A stretch of DNA of 64,000 nt from Acutalibacteraceae bacterium (GTDB lineage Bacteria > Bacillota > Clostridia > Oscillospirales > Acutalibacteraceae): assembly GCA_045590895.1 (NCBI GenBank), contig JAZNRU010000002.1, forward strand, positions 1,577 through 65,576, given 5' to 3'. The position numbers were made by a program, and so were the translations under genes. The notes under the pieces were generated by a model. That model saw only the letters and a program-made list of their open reading frames with translations. It searched no databases and was not told the origin of the DNA. Shown piece by piece: positions 44,305-54,862 of the stretch; within the stretch, counting starts at the first letter, position 1, and each line of letters starts with the position of its first letter.

Positions 44305-45708
44305 TTATTCAGCGTCTTCGGAAGTTTCCGTGGCTTCTTCTTTTTTCTTTCTGGTGGTCTTCTTGGCGGGCTTTTCAGCAGCTTCTTCGCCTTCAGCAGC
44401 TTTTTTCTTGGGAGCAGCCTTTTTCTTTGCCTTTTCAACAACTGCGTTGTCGATAACGACAGCGTTTGCCTTGCGGACTTTCAGTTCGTTTGCAACGCCG
44501 TCAGCGGCAATTGCCTTGCGGACGGTTTCAGCGTCAACGCCGTACATTTCAGCCATCTTTGCATATTCTGCTTCGACTTCTTCGTCGGAAACGGTGATAC
44601 CTTCGACCTCTGCGATCTTTTCGAGAGCAAGGCTGATCTTGACTTCTCTTTCAGCGGCACTGCGGTAGTTCTCTTTGAGAGCGTCCATATCCATGCCGAG
44701 ATACTGCATATACATTTCCATGGAAAGACCCTGGCTCTGCAGACGGTATGCAAACTCGTTGATCATATCGTTGACACGGTTTTCATACATGACTTCGGGG
44801 ATCTCACCGACAACGAGGTCAGCCAGCTTTTCGAAAACGGCATTTTCGAAATCTCTCTGTGCGGACTGTTCTTTTCTTTCCTTGATGGTCTTTTCAATGT
44901 CAGCCTTGAGTTCTGCAACGGTGTCAAATTCGCTGACGTCCTTTGCAAACTCATCGTCTGCTTCGGGGAGAACCTTGGTCTTGATGGCGTGCAGTTTGCA
45001 CTTGAACACTGCTTCTTTGCCTGCAAGTTCAGGGGTGTATTCGGTCGGGAAGGTAACGTTGACGTCAAATTCTTCACCGATGTTGCGGCCTGCAACCTGT
45101 TCTTCGAAACCGGGGATAAAACTGCCGGAACCGAGTGTCAGTTCATATTCTTCACCCTTGCCGCCTTCGAAAGCAACGCCGTCAACAAAACCTTCAAAGT
45201 CGATCACGGTGATGTCGCCCATCTGAGAAGCTCTGTCTTCAACGGGAGTGATTCTTGCGTTTGCTTCGAGTTTGCTGTTGAATTCAGCTTCGACTTCTTC
45301 AGCGGTGACTTCGACAGCAGCTTTGGGAGCGGAGATGCCCTTGTAGCCTTCAACGGTGATTTCGGGCTTGACAGTTACTTTGCAGGTCAGTTCAACGCCT
45401 TCTTTGCCGATGGACTGTACTTCAAAGTCACGGGGCTGGTCAACGGGAGTAATGCCTGCCTGGGCAACGGCAGCGGTGTAAGCATCGGGGAAAGCAACTT
45501 CGAGAGCGTCATCATAGAAAACGCCTTCGCCGTACATCTTTTCAATGAAAGCTCTGGGAGCTTTGCCTTTTCTGAAGCCGGGAACGTTGATCTTGCCTTT
45601 TTCGCGGTTGTAAACTTTGTTGACAGCAGCGTTGAATGCTTCTGCATCAATGGAAATGGCAAGGGTAAATTCGTTGGTACCGGTTTTTTCTGCGGATTTA
45701 AGACTCAT
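44305..45708 (-). CDS. tig: Trigger factor
   Basis: GFRKGKAP ribosome-binding signature and FKBP-type PPIase core (DFEGFVDGVAFEGG). Position upstream of clpP-clpX. The ATG at 45708 follows AGGAGGAAAA. Confidence 0.9.
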   Translation of the reverse strand: MSLKSAEKTGTNEFTLAISIDAEAFNAAVNKVYNREKGKINVPGFRKGKAPRAFIEKMYGEGVFYDDALEVAFPDAYTAAVAQAGITPVDQPRDFEVQSIGKEGVELTCKVTVKPEITVEGYKGISAPKAAVEVTAEEVEAEFNSKLEANARITPVEDRASQMGDITVIDFEGFVDGVAFEGGKGEEYELTLGSGSFIPGFEEQVAGRNIGEEFDVNVTFPTEYTPELAGKEAVFKCKLHAIKTKVLPEADDEFAKDVSEFDTVAELKADIEKTIKERKEQSAQRDFENAVFEKLADLVVGEIPEVMYENRVNDMINEFAYRLQSQGLSMEMYMQYLGMDMDALKENYRSAAEREVKISLALEKIAEVEGITVSDEEVEAEYAKMAEMYGVDAETVRKAIAADGVANELKVRKANAVVIDNAVVEKAKKKAAPKKKAAEGEEAAEKPAKKTTRKKKEEATETSEDAE

Positions 45709-45819
45709 AATTATTTTCCTCCTGTGTGGATTTTTTCCACGCAAATTATCTTACATATTATAACAAACAAAAATTAATAAATCTACACTTTTAATAAAAA
45801 AATATAGATATAAAACACC

Positions 45820-46509
45820 TTACAACGTAACAATTTTTGGGCAGAATGATAAAAAATCAGCGGCGACGAGAGAAAAGCGGATGCCGTCACGCTCAAACAA
45901 ACCGTATTTACTGCCAGAAAGACCGTGTAAATGTCCGAAATAACAGCGGCGGACGTTGTATTCAAGAAGTACGTCGTAGATCTCGTGACAGATCCTGTCT
46001 TCATACAGCGGCGGATAGTGCAGAAACACGATCGGTTCACCGCCGAGTTCCTTTGCCGCGTTCAGCGACATACGCAGTCTTCCTGCTTCACGGTTGAGAA
46101 TTTTTTCCACGTTTTCCGTTTCCGCGTCGTAAAACCAGCCGCGTGTGCCGCAAACGGCAAAATCATCAACACGGTACGCGTTGTTGAACAGGAAACGGAT
46201 GGATGTCAGTTCGTTTTCTTCCAGAAACAGATTCATTTTCCGCATCGTTTCCCACCAGTAATCGTGGTTTCCTTTGCCGATGATCTTCGTACCGGGAAGA
46301 CTGTGCAGAAATTGGAAATCGGGTAAGGACGATTTAACGGACATTGCCCACGAGATGTCACCGGGGATCACGACCGTATCCTCGTCGGTGACGATCGAAC
46401 GCCACGTTTTCTCAAGGCGGTCGGTATAATCCGTCCACCCTTTGAAAATATCCATCGGCTTATCGGTGCCGAATGAAAGATGTGTGTCTCCGATCGTAAA
46501 AAGTGCCAT
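45820..46509 (-). CDS. Cytoplasmic metallophosphoesterase family protein
   Basis: GDTHLSF, IPGDISWA, GNHDYWW and GHLH motifs. Confidence 0.7.
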   Translation of the reverse strand: MALFTIGDTHLSFGTDKPMDIFKGWTDYTDRLEKTWRSIVTDEDTVVIPGDISWAMSVKSSLPDFQFLHSLPGTKIIGKGNHDYWWETMRKMNLFLEENELTSIRFLFNNAYRVDDFAVCGTRGWFYDAETENVEKILNREAGRLRMSLNAAKELGGEPIVFLHYPPLYEDRICHEIYDVLLEYNVRRCYFGHLHGLSGSKYGLFERDGIRFSLVAADFLSFCPKIVTL

Positions 46510-46592
46510 TGTTTTTCACCATATTTTTCCGCTTTTGAATGCACCGAAAGCGGTCAAACTAACAGTACAACAAACAGAAAGGAGTGTTTCTT

Positions 46593-46769
46593 TTGGAAAA
46601 GAAAGAAATCAAACACATTCATTGTACCGTAAAGAATTGCGAATATCACGGCTCTGACAGCCGCTGTATGGCAGGCAATATCACCGTCGGCACGCAGAAT
46701 GCCTGCAGTTGCGGTGAGACCGCCTGTGAAACTTTCAAAATGAACTGCAAGGACAAGACCTGCAGATAA
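46593..46769 (+). CDS. DUF1540-like small Cys-rich protein
   Basis: Duplicated C-x4-C-x-H/x motifs (HCTVKNCEYH... ; CSCGETACETF). The TTG at 46593 lies 8 nt after AAAGGAG; the ORF-track GTG at 46584 overlaps the SD. Confidence 0.55.
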   Translation: MEKKEIKHIHCTVKNCEYHGSDSRCMAGNITVGTQNACSCGETACETFKMNCKDKTCR

Positions 46770-46782
46770 AGCATCTTTCAGT

Positions 46783-46818
46783 GCCGCAAAGACCGAGTGC
46801 TTTGCGGTACCTTTTTTC
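46783..46818 (+). terminator. Rho-independent terminator abutting the thrC stop codon
   Basis: GCCGCAAAG (46783-46791) pairs with CTTTGCGGT (46800-46808), followed by ACCTTTTTT. Confidence 0.7.
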
Positions 46819-46819
46819 A

Positions 46820-48313
46820 TCAGATGCCGAGCATATTGAATACGACTTCGCGCATATCTTCCTTCTTGCAGATGCCCGTGAAACGCGGTGTTGCACCTTT
46901 GAGAGCGGTCAGCTGTGCAGGGGCATTTACACCCGTTTTGTCCTGTAATGTTTCAACCATGCCGAATTCATCCGCGGGCATGGTGTCACCGTTATTGACG
47001 GCTTCAAGCACTGCAGCGGAGAATTTGAACGGGCTTGCGGTGGAGGCGATCACGGCGGGTGCGGTGTCGCCCGTCTGCTTGCGGTAATCTTCGTAAACAC
47101 GCGCGGCAACGGCTGTGTGGGTGTCGCAAAGATAGTTGTAAGTATTGTATACTTCGCCGATGGTCTGTTTGGTCTGTTCGTCATCACAGCAACCTGCGGC
47201 AAAGAGAGCTCTGATCTGTGCGAGCAATTCTTCACCGACGGTGTATCTGCCGTTTTCGTTCAGGTCATTCATCCAAGCACGCAGTTGTGCATCGTCTTTG
47301 CCGCACATATCGTACAGCAGACGTTCAAGGTTTGAGGAAATGAGAATGTCCATGGACGGGGAGACCGTTGTATGGAACGGACGGTTGCGGTCGTAGCATC
47401 CCGTGTGCAGGAAGTCGGTCAGCACGTTGTTTGCGTTGGATGCACAGATGAGTTTGTTGACGGGAAGTCCCATTTTCTTTGCGTAATAAGCGGCAAGAAT
47501 ATTGCCGAAATTGCCCGTCGGAACGGCGATATTGATTGCATCGCCGTTGCTGATCTCGCCTTTTTTGAGCAGGTCGCAGTAGGCGGAGATGTAGTAAACG
47601 ATCTGCGGTGCAAGACGGCCCCAGTTGATGGAGTTTGCGGAAGAAAATGCAAAGCCGTTTTCTTCGAGCGTTGCACGGATGGCAGGATCGGTGAAGATCT
47701 TTTTAACGCCTGTCTGTGCATCGTCAAAATTGCCGAAGATCGCACTGACACCGACGTTATTGCCGATCTGCGTGGTCATCTGCAGTTTCTGCATGGGGCT
47801 GACACCGTCGTTGGGGAAGAATACGAGAATGCGTGTTCCGTCCACATCTTTGAAGCCTTCGAGTGCGGCTTTACCCGTATCGCCCGAGGTTGCAACGAGG
47901 ATAACGCTTTCTTTGTCACTGCCGCCTTTTTTTGCCGCCGTGGTCAGCAGGTAGGGGAGCAGTTGCAGAGCCATGTCCTTGAACGCACAGGTCGGACCGT
48001 GCCACAGTTCAAGAATATGCACGTTGTCGTGCAGTTTGACGACGGGAGCCACTTCGGGGGCTGAAAAACTGCCCGTATAGGCACCTGCAACGCAGGCGTG
48101 CAGTTCTTCTGCGGTAAAGTCTGTCAGGAACAGCGACAGTACCGCTTCGGCTCTTTCAATATATGATTTGCCGACGAGGTCAGCGAAAAAGGATGCGTCC
48201 ACTGCGGGAATTTCCGTGGGCACGAACAGACCGCCCTCAACGGAAATGCCTTTTTCGATCGCGGATGCACTTTCAACAGACAGATTGTTGTCTCTTGTGG
48301 ATGTATAAAGCAT
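46820..48313 (-). CDS. thrC: Threonine synthase (long form)
   Basis: N-terminus MLYTSTRD, PLP lysine context GPTCAFKDMALQ and ATSGDTGKAA. Confidence 0.9.
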   Translation of the reverse strand: MLYTSTRDNNLSVESASAIEKGISVEGGLFVPTEIPAVDASFFADLVGKSYIERAEAVLSLFLTDFTAEELHACVAGAYTGSFSAPEVAPVVKLHDNVHILELWHGPTCAFKDMALQLLPYLLTTAAKKGGSDKESVILVATSGDTGKAALEGFKDVDGTRILVFFPNDGVSPMQKLQMTTQIGNNVGVSAIFGNFDDAQTGVKKIFTDPAIRATLEENGFAFSSANSINWGRLAPQIVYYISAYCDLLKKGEISNGDAINIAVPTGNFGNILAAYYAKKMGLPVNKLICASNANNVLTDFLHTGCYDRNRPFHTTVSPSMDILISSNLERLLYDMCGKDDAQLRAWMNDLNENGRYTVGEELLAQIRALFAAGCCDDEQTKQTIGEVYNTYNYLCDTHTAVAARVYEDYRKQTGDTAPAVIASTASPFKFSAAVLEAVNNGDTMPADEFGMVETLQDKTGVNAPAQLTALKGATPRFTGICKKEDMREVVFNMLGI

Positions 48314-48403
48314 AACCGATTCTCCTTATGGATTTGCAATATTTGGATAAATATTTTACCAAAGAAATTATAAAAAGTAAAGACTTTTATTAAAAAATAT
48401 CTA

Positions 48404-48433
48404 TTGAAATTATATATATACTTGTGTTATAAT
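48404..48433 (+). promoter_or_regulatory. Sigma-A type promoter of tldD-pmbA
   Basis: TTGAAA (48404-48409), 18-nt spacer, TGtTATAAT (-10 at 48428-48433). Confidence 0.55.
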
Positions 48434-48463
48434 ACAATGCAATGCAAAATGGGGTGATTTTTT

Positions 48464-49846
48464 TTGCTCAAAGATTGGATCAGACAATGTGCCGACGGTG
48501 CCGCGGATCATACCGAGATCCGTGCACAGCAGGCTTTTAACCGTGCCGTCACGCTGGTGGGCGGCAACCTTGTCAACAACACGCGAACCCGTACGGGCGG
48601 TGTATGCGCCAGGGTGTACAAAAACGGTCTTTGGGGCTTTGCTTCCAAAGGTGAATATGACGAAGCAAGCGTTCGTGCCGTTCTGGAAGCGGCAAAGGAG
48701 AATGCTCTTTTTATGGATCGCAAGATCGGAGCAGGAAAACCTGCGTTGGTGTCTGCGGATCCCGTGTATTATGAAACGGATCTGACATTCCGCGACGTGG
48801 AACAAAAGACGCTGATCGATTATGTAAGTGCGATCGATTCCTATATACAGACGAAATATCCCGGTCTTGCAAGCCGTTCGGTCGGTATTCGCAGCGGTTG
48901 TATCGAAAAATTACTGCGTACGGACAACGGCAGTTTTGCCCATCAGCTGTTTCCGCGTTCGTATTTTATTGTTTCCATGACGGCGGAAACGGCGGACGGA
49001 GAAACGGTGGAACTTTTTGATATCATCGGCGGCGGTGCAGGCAGTTTTTCGGATTTTTATGACGATCCGATGCAATACACGCATCGCATTGACGCTTTGT
49101 ATGAAGAACTCATGCAGAAAAGGGAAGGCGTATTCCCGGATGCAGGTATGTGTGACTGTATCATCGGCTCTGCCGTTGCAGGTATGGTCGCACACGAAGC
49201 GGTAGGGCATACCGTGGAATCCGATCTCGTGCTTGCAGGATCGGTAGCCGCATCCAACCTCGGCAAAGAAGTGGCTTCGCCCATTGTCAATATGGTGGAT
49301 TTTGCCCACACCGCACTCGGAAAAACGGCTCCGTTGCCCGTTTATGTCGATGATGAAGGCACTGCCTGCGAAGATGCGGTGCTGATTAAAGACGGCATTC
49401 TTGTCGGCTATATGAACAACCTTGAAAGTGCACAGCATTTCGGTGTAAAACCCTGCGGAAACGCAAGGGCGTACGGCTTTGCCGATGAGCCGCTTGTGCG
49501 TATGAGAAATACGGCAGTGTTGCCGGGTAAGGATAAACTCGAAGATATGATCGCGGCGGTGGATAACGGTTATTATCTGACCCGTACCGCCAACGGACAG
49601 GCAGACACGACGGGTGAATTCATGTTCGGTGTCTGCATGGGCTATGAGATCAGAAACGGCAAACTCGGCAGAGCGTTGCGTGACACCACCATATCGGGCG
49701 TTGCGTTTAATATGCTCAAAACGGTCGATATGCTTTCAGATACCGTGGAATGGGATTTTGCGGGATTCTGCGGCAAAAAACAGCCCATGCCCGTATCCAT
49801 GGGCGGCCCCGCCATCAAGTGCCGTGTGAATATCGGCGGCCGATGA
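48464..49846 (+). CDS. tldD: TldD-family metalloprotease
   Basis: TTG start 7 nt after GGGGTG. HEAVGH metal motif and the C-terminal block GNARA..F...P..RM.NT typical of TldD. Confidence 0.8.
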   Translation: MLKDWIRQCADGAADHTEIRAQQAFNRAVTLVGGNLVNNTRTRTGGVCARVYKNGLWGFASKGEYDEASVRAVLEAAKENALFMDRKIGAGKPALVSADPVYYETDLTFRDVEQKTLIDYVSAIDSYIQTKYPGLASRSVGIRSGCIEKLLRTDNGSFAHQLFPRSYFIVSMTAETADGETVELFDIIGGGAGSFSDFYDDPMQYTHRIDALYEELMQKREGVFPDAGMCDCIIGSAVAGMVAHEAVGHTVESDLVLAGSVAASNLGKEVASPIVNMVDFAHTALGKTAPLPVYVDDEGTACEDAVLIKDGILVGYMNNLESAQHFGVKPCGNARAYGFADEPLVRMRNTAVLPGKDKLEDMIAAVDNGYYLTRTANGQADTTGEFMFGVCMGYEIRNGKLGRALRDTTISGVAFNMLKTVDMLSDTVEWDFAGFCGKKQPMPVSMGGPAIKCRVNIGGR

Positions 49847-49859
49847 AAGGAGAACTGCA

Positions 49860-51158
49860 ATGAACACATTGAAAGAAACCGCACGGTACGTTTTGCAGGC
49901 ATTGCTCGAAGCCGGTGCGGATGCAGCGCAGTGTTCCGTTTCAAGCGGAAAAAAAGAAGAATTCAATATAGATGCCGGTGCATTTTCATTGCTTCGCTCC
50001 GTGTTTAACAGCGGTGTGAGTATGAAAGTGCTCAAAGACGGCAAAATGGGACAGGCGTTCATCAACAGCCTTGAAAAAGAGGATATTGACGCCGCGGCGG
50101 CGGAATGCGTGCAGTCTGCCCTCGCTTCGGTAGCGGACGAATGTTATTCCATTGCCGCATTTACTGAAAATGCTTCGTTTACGGACGGTACGCAAAAACA
50201 TGACCGTGACCGCTTTTTTGACCGTGTCCGTGAATTTCTGGAAGATATAAATAACGAATTTCCCAAGATCATGATCGAACAGATCATTGCCGAATACGTG
50301 GAAGGAAGAAGCGTTTTTGCCAATACGAACGGCGTGTGTTATGAGCAGGAAAATGCGAATTATTCCGTCGGTGCCATGTATTCCGCACACGAGGGGGATC
50401 TGACCACCTCTTTCAACAGTTTCGGTGTTGATTACGTTGACCCCGACAGCCGTATCATGGATCTTGCCGACAGCAGAAAGATGTTTGCACGTTGTGAAGC
50501 GGAACTGGAAATGCGTCCGTTGGAAGGAAAATTTGAAGGTGTTGCCGTGTTTGCACCCGTCTGTCTTGACTCCATGCTTTCCACCGTGCTCGATAATTTC
50601 TGTTCGGACGGTGTGATCGTAGAGGGTACGTCTCCGTGGAAAAATGCGGTCGGCACTGCCGTTGCACAGCCCTCGTTCACACTTCGCGTCATTGCACACG
50701 ACGACCGCGTTGTCTGCGGTGAGCGTGTGACGGATGACGGTTATATTTCGGTCGATTACGACATTATAAAGGACGGTATTTTGCAGGATTTCTGCCTTTC
50801 CGAATACGCCGCACGCAAAACGGGACTCAAGCGTGCACCGTCCACAAGCAGTTGTATCGGCGTTGAACCGGGTGATGTTTCGTACGAGGATATCATCGGC
50901 GGTATTGAAAAAGGCATTCTCGTCTGTCGTTTTTCGGGCGGAGATCCTGCCACGAACGGTGATTTTTCGGGTGTTGCCAAAAACAGTTTTTATATAGAAA
51001 ACGGAAAAATTGCCTATCCCGTCAGCGAAACCATGATCAGCGGCAACCTTGCACGGATGTTGCAGAACGTGGTCGGTATTTCGTCTGAAGTGAACTGTGA
51101 CGGCACTTGTGTATTGCCTTACGTTGCCTTCGGCGGCATTACCGTTTCAGGTATTTAA
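49860..51158 (+). CDS. pmbA: PmbA/TldE-family protein (TldD partner)
   Basis: Same fold family as tldD but lacks HExxxH. The C-terminus has GDFSGVAKNSFYIENGKI. Starts 13 nt after the tldD stop. Confidence 0.75.
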   Translation: MNTLKETARYVLQALLEAGADAAQCSVSSGKKEEFNIDAGAFSLLRSVFNSGVSMKVLKDGKMGQAFINSLEKEDIDAAAAECVQSALASVADECYSIAAFTENASFTDGTQKHDRDRFFDRVREFLEDINNEFPKIMIEQIIAEYVEGRSVFANTNGVCYEQENANYSVGAMYSAHEGDLTTSFNSFGVDYVDPDSRIMDLADSRKMFARCEAELEMRPLEGKFEGVAVFAPVCLDSMLSTVLDNFCSDGVIVEGTSPWKNAVGTAVAQPSFTLRVIAHDDRVVCGERVTDDGYISVDYDIIKDGILQDFCLSEYAARKTGLKRAPSTSSCIGVEPGDVSYEDIIGGIEKGILVCRFSGGDPATNGDFSGVAKNSFYIENGKIAYPVSETMISGNLARMLQNVVGISSEVNCDGTCVLPYVAFGGITVSGI

Positions 51159-51206
51159 ATCCGTTCGTTTTTTGAGATTTTTTGAACTTTTTTCGGAGTA
51201 TATTTT

Positions 51207-53624
51207 ATGAGTGTTAAAAAAGAAGTGACCGTTCCCGTAGTTGCTCTGCGCGGAATCGTCTTGTTTCCCGACATGACTTTGCATTTTGATGTCGGCAGAA
51301 AAGAATCCATTGCCGCCTTGCGTGCGGCTATGAATGCGGGACAGGATGTATTTTTTGTCACGCAAAAAGGGTTTGCGGATGAATATCCCGACCTCGGCGG
51401 CCTGCATTTTATCGGCGTGCTCGGTGAGGTGCGTCAGATCGTGCGTGTGCCCGGTGCAAAAACAAATCTGCGTGTGGTCGTGGACGGTAAGCAGAGGGGC
51501 TGTATTGCGGAACTTTTGCAGGAAAAACCGTATATGAACGCACGTGTTGAATTGCTGGAAGATACGGCCGTTTTTGAGGATGATCCCGTGTATCTTGCGG
51601 CTTTGCTGATGCGTTGCCGCACGCTGTTTGAAGAATACTGTATGCACAGTCCGCAATTGGCGGAGGACGTGATCCAATCCGTATATGAGATCTCCGATCC
51701 GGGCTTGCTTGCGGATAAGATCTCGGGCAATATTCTCTTTCCCATTGAGATCAAACAGGAACTTCTTTCCATTGCCGATCCGATGGAAAGACTTGAATAT
51801 CTGTGTGTGGCTCTGGCACAGGAAACGGAAATTCTCGCACTGGACGAGGATATTCAATCCCGTGTGCAGGAAGCCATGGACCGCAATCAGAAAGAATACT
51901 ACCTGCGTGAGCAGATGCGTATTATCGAAGAAGAACTCGGTGAAAACGAGGGGGATGACATTGCATCCCTGCGTCAGGCGATCGCCGACAGTGCCATGAG
52001 CGAACAGGCAAAGAAAAAACTCTTTTCCGAATGCCGCCGCCTGCAACGCCTTTCTCCCGCTTCTCCCGATGCCAACGTGTTGCGAACCTACATTGAAAAG
52101 TGTCTGGAGATCCCGTGGGGAAAATTTTCCAAAGAGAAAAAGAGCATTTCCGCCGCTGTGAAAGTGCTTGAAAAAGACCATTACGGTCTCAAAGACGTCA
52201 AGGAACGTATTACGGAAATGTTGGCGGCCCGCATCGTTTCGCCGCAGATCAAAGGACAGATCATCTGTCTTGCAGGCCCTCCCGGTGTCGGTAAGACCAG
52301 CATTGCCAAGTCCATTGCGACCGCAACGGGACGCAATTACGCAAGAATGTCTTTGGGCGGCGTGCGTGACGAAGCGGAGATCCGCGGTCACCGCCGTACA
52401 TACATCGGTTCCATTCCCGGCCGACTGATCGATGCTCTCGTGAATGCAGGCACCATGAATCCGCTGATCCTTCTTGATGAAGTGGATAAACTCAGTTCCG
52501 ACATCAAGGGCGATCCTGCTTCCGCTTTACTGGAAGCACTGGACGCGGAACAGAATCATTCTTTCCGTGACCACTACATCGAACTGCCCGTGGATCTGAG
52601 TCAGGTCTTGTTTATTACCACCGCAAACGATAAAAACGCAATTCCCGATGCACTGCGTGACCGTATGGAAGTCATTGACATTGCAAGTTATACGTATGAG
52701 GAAAAATTCCACATTGCAAAGAAGCATCTTCTGCCCAAACAGATGAAAGAACACGCACTGACGAAGAATGATCTGCGTGTCACGGATGCGGCTCTGCGTG
52801 CGATCATAGAGGGCTACACCCGTGAAGCAGGTGTCCGCCGTCTGGAACGTCAGTTGGCAAAGATCTGCCGCAAAAAGACTTTGCAGATCGCAAACGGTGA
52901 AACCGAAAAGACGGTTGTGGACGTGTCGGCACTTGAATCCCTGCTGGGTGTACGCAAATACCGCGACGATGCAGACGAAAACGAAAACAGCGTCGGAGTT
53001 GTCAACGGTCTTGCATGGACGAGTGTGGGCGGCGAATTGCTCAAAGCGGAAGCACTTGTGTTTGACGGTACGGGAAAACTCGAAACCACGGGCTCATTGG
53101 GTGACGTGATGGTGGAATCCGTCAAAGCCGCAGTCAGTTATATCCGCAGCCGTTGCAGTGAACTGAACATTCCGTCCGATTTTTATAAAACCAAAGATAT
53201 TCACGTGCATTTCCCGGAGGGAGCCGTGCCCAAGGACGGCCCGTCCGCCGGTATCACCGTGACCACGGCACTTGTATCGGCTCTCACCGACCGTCCCGTC
53301 AATGCGAAAATTGCCATGACGGGGGAAGTGACCTTACGCGGCCGTGTGCTTGCCATCGGCGGACTGCGGGAAAAAGCCATGGCGGCTTACCGCATGAACA
53401 TTCCCACGGTCATCATTCCCGCACAGAACGTACCCGATCTGCAGGAAGTGGATGAAGCGGTGAAGGCAAAAATCACGTTTATCCCCGTAAAAACCGTGGA
53501 TGAAGTACTGTCTCTTGCTCTTTGCGATGTACCTGCGGCGGTGCAGGATAAAAAAAGCGGCATTTGCCTGCCGCCTCCCGAAAACTACGGCAGAAAAAGA
53601 GGTGTGACCGGTGAATTACAATAA
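51207..53624 (+). CDS. lon: ATP-dependent Lon protease (LonA)
   Basis: LON N-domain ([15 protein letters not shown]), Walker [10 protein letters not shown] and catalytic [10 protein letters not shown]. Confidence 0.95.
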   Translation: MSVKKEVTVPVVALRGIVLFPDMTLHFDVGRKESIAALRAAMNAGQDVFFVTQKGFADEYPDLGGLHFIGVLGEVRQIVRVPGAKTNLRVVVDGKQRGCIAELLQEKPYMNARVELLEDTAVFEDDPVYLAALLMRCRTLFEEYCMHSPQLAEDVIQSVYEISDPGLLADKISGNILFPIEIKQELLSIADPMERLEYLCVALAQETEILALDEDIQSRVQEAMDRNQKEYYLREQMRIIEEELGENEGDDIASLRQAIADSAMSEQAKKKLFSECRRLQRLSPASPDANVLRTYIEKCLEIPWGKFSKEKKSISAAVKVLEKDHYGLKDVKERITEMLAARIVSPQIKGQIICLAGPPGVGKTSIAKSIATATGRNYARMSLGGVRDEAEIRGHRRTYIGSIPGRLIDALVNAGTMNPLILLDEVDKLSSDIKGDPASALLEALDAEQNHSFRDHYIELPVDLSQVLFITTANDKNAIPDALRDRMEVIDIASYTYEEKFHIAKKHLLPKQMKEHALTKNDLRVTDAALRAIIEGYTREAGVRRLERQLAKICRKKTLQIANGETEKTVVDVSALESLLGVRKYRDDADENENSVGVVNGLAWTSVGGELLKAEALVFDGTGKLETTGSLGDVMVESVKAAVSYIRSRCSELNIPSDFYKTKDIHVHFPEGAVPKDGPSAGITVTTALVSALTDRPVNAKIAMTGEVTLRGRVLAIGGLREKAMAAYRMNIPTVIIPAQNVPDLQEVDEAVKAKITFIPVKTVDEVLSLALCDVPAAVQDKKSGICLPPPENYGRKRGVTGELQ

Positions 53625-54186
53625 CGTAACGTTTGAAGCGGCGTACGGTACTGCCAAACAGTTGCCCGTGTCCGATCTGCCCGAGATCGTTTTTTCGGGA
53701 CGTTCCAACGTCGGTAAATCCTCGCTTATCAATAAGTTGTTCAACCGTAAAAATCTTGCCCGCGTGAGTTCCGTACCCGGCAAGACCACCACGGTCAACT
53801 TTTTCCGCTGTGAGGACGTTCGCTTTGCGGATCTTCCCGGTTACGGCTATGCAAAACGTTCGGGGGATGAGATCCGCCGTTGGAGCAATCTCATGGAAGG
53901 CTATTTTCAGTCCGACCGAAATATTAAATTGGTGGTGCAACTTGTGGATATGCGACATCCGCCCACGGCAGACGACCGCACCATGATCGGTTTTCTCAAA
54001 GAAGCAGGCGTGCCTTTTGTGATTGCGCTGACCAAAAGCGATAAACTGAAAAAAACCGAGCGACAGAAACGCGAAAAAGAGATTCCGACCGAATTGCCCG
54101 ATCTGGAAACCATTGCATTTTCATCTGAAAACGGCGAAGGTGTCGAGGCTCTCAAAGCCCGCATTCAGGCCGCTTTGACCGAATAA
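53611..54186 (+). CDS. engB: Ribosome-biogenesis GTPase YihA/YsxC (EngB)
   Basis: GRSNVGKSSLIN (G1), DLPGYG (G3) and TKSDK (G4). The GTG start overlaps the lon stop by 14 nt. lon-engB is a conserved gene order. Confidence 0.9.
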   Translation: MNYNNVTFEAAYGTAKQLPVSDLPEIVFSGRSNVGKSSLINKLFNRKNLARVSSVPGKTTTVNFFRCEDVRFADLPGYGYAKRSGDEIRRWSNLMEGYFQSDRNIKLVVQLVDMRHPPTADDRTMIGFLKEAGVPFVIALTKSDKLKKTERQKREKEIPTELPDLETIAFSSENGEGVEALKARIQAALTE

Positions 54187-54204
54187 AAAGAAAGGAATGT
54201 TTGT

Positions 54205-54735
54205 ATGAATATCTGGCATGATATCAGCCCTAAACGCATCACCGCAAGAGATTTTATCGCAGTTGTTGAAATCTCAAAAGGCAGTAAGTGTAAGTATGAA
54301 CTCGATAAGGAAACGGGACTTCTGCGACTTGACAGAATCCTGTATACTTCCACGCATTATCCTGCAAACTACGGATTTATTCCCCGTACCTATGCGGATG
54401 ACCTGGACCCGATGGACGTTATGATCCTGTGCAGTGAGTCCATCCGTCCGCTGACGGAAGTGCGTTGCTATCCCATCGGTGTTATCTCCATGATCGACTC
54501 GGGCAGATTCGATGAAAAGATCGTCTGCATTCCCTTCAACGATCCCACTTACAACACCTATACGGACATTTCGCAGTTGCCGCGTCATATTTTTGATGAA
54601 ATGATGCACTTCTTCCGCGTTTACAAGGAACTTGAAGACAAGGATACCGCCGTCAATGAACTCAAAGGTGCAAAAGAAGCTGAGGAGATCATTCAGCAAT
54701 CCATTGATTGTTACGTTGAAACCTATTGCAAATAA
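54205..54735 (+). CDS. ppa: Inorganic pyrophosphatase, family I
   Basis: EISKGSKCKYELDKE, YPANYGFIP.T...D.DP.DV and an Asp-rich active site. Confidence 0.9.
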   Translation: MNIWHDISPKRITARDFIAVVEISKGSKCKYELDKETGLLRLDRILYTSTHYPANYGFIPRTYADDLDPMDVMILCSESIRPLTEVRCYPIGVISMIDSGRFDEKIVCIPFNDPTYNTYTDISQLPRHIFDEMMHFFRVYKELEDKDTAVNELKGAKEAEEIIQQSIDCYVETYCK

Positions 54736-54754
54736 AAACAAACCTTAAAAAAAA

Positions 54755-54797
54755 GAGAACCGAACAGGATAAAACTGTCAGCGGTTCCCTTTTTTTA
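54755..54797 (+). terminator. Rho-independent terminator
   Basis: GAGAACCG (54755-54762) pairs with CGGTTCCC (54782-54789), followed by T7. Confidence 0.65.
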
Positions 54798-54862
54798 TGT
54801 AACCTTTTTTGTCTTTCGGTTGTTATATAAGTGAAAGGACCTTTCAAAGAGGCGGTGAAGCA

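Noticed and set aside
46554-46820. 88-aa minus-strand ORF overlapping the DUF1540 gene
   Set aside because: It has no RBS. The plus-strand DUF1540 frame has an SD, a Cys-motif duplication and a terminator.
48314-48463. Possible T-box or riboswitch upstream of thrC (and upstream of glnA at 11174-11265)
   Set aside because: The leaders are only ~150 and ~90 nt, are AT-rich, and lack a specifier/antiterminator or other conserved riboswitch core that I can recognise. The space is largely taken by promoters.
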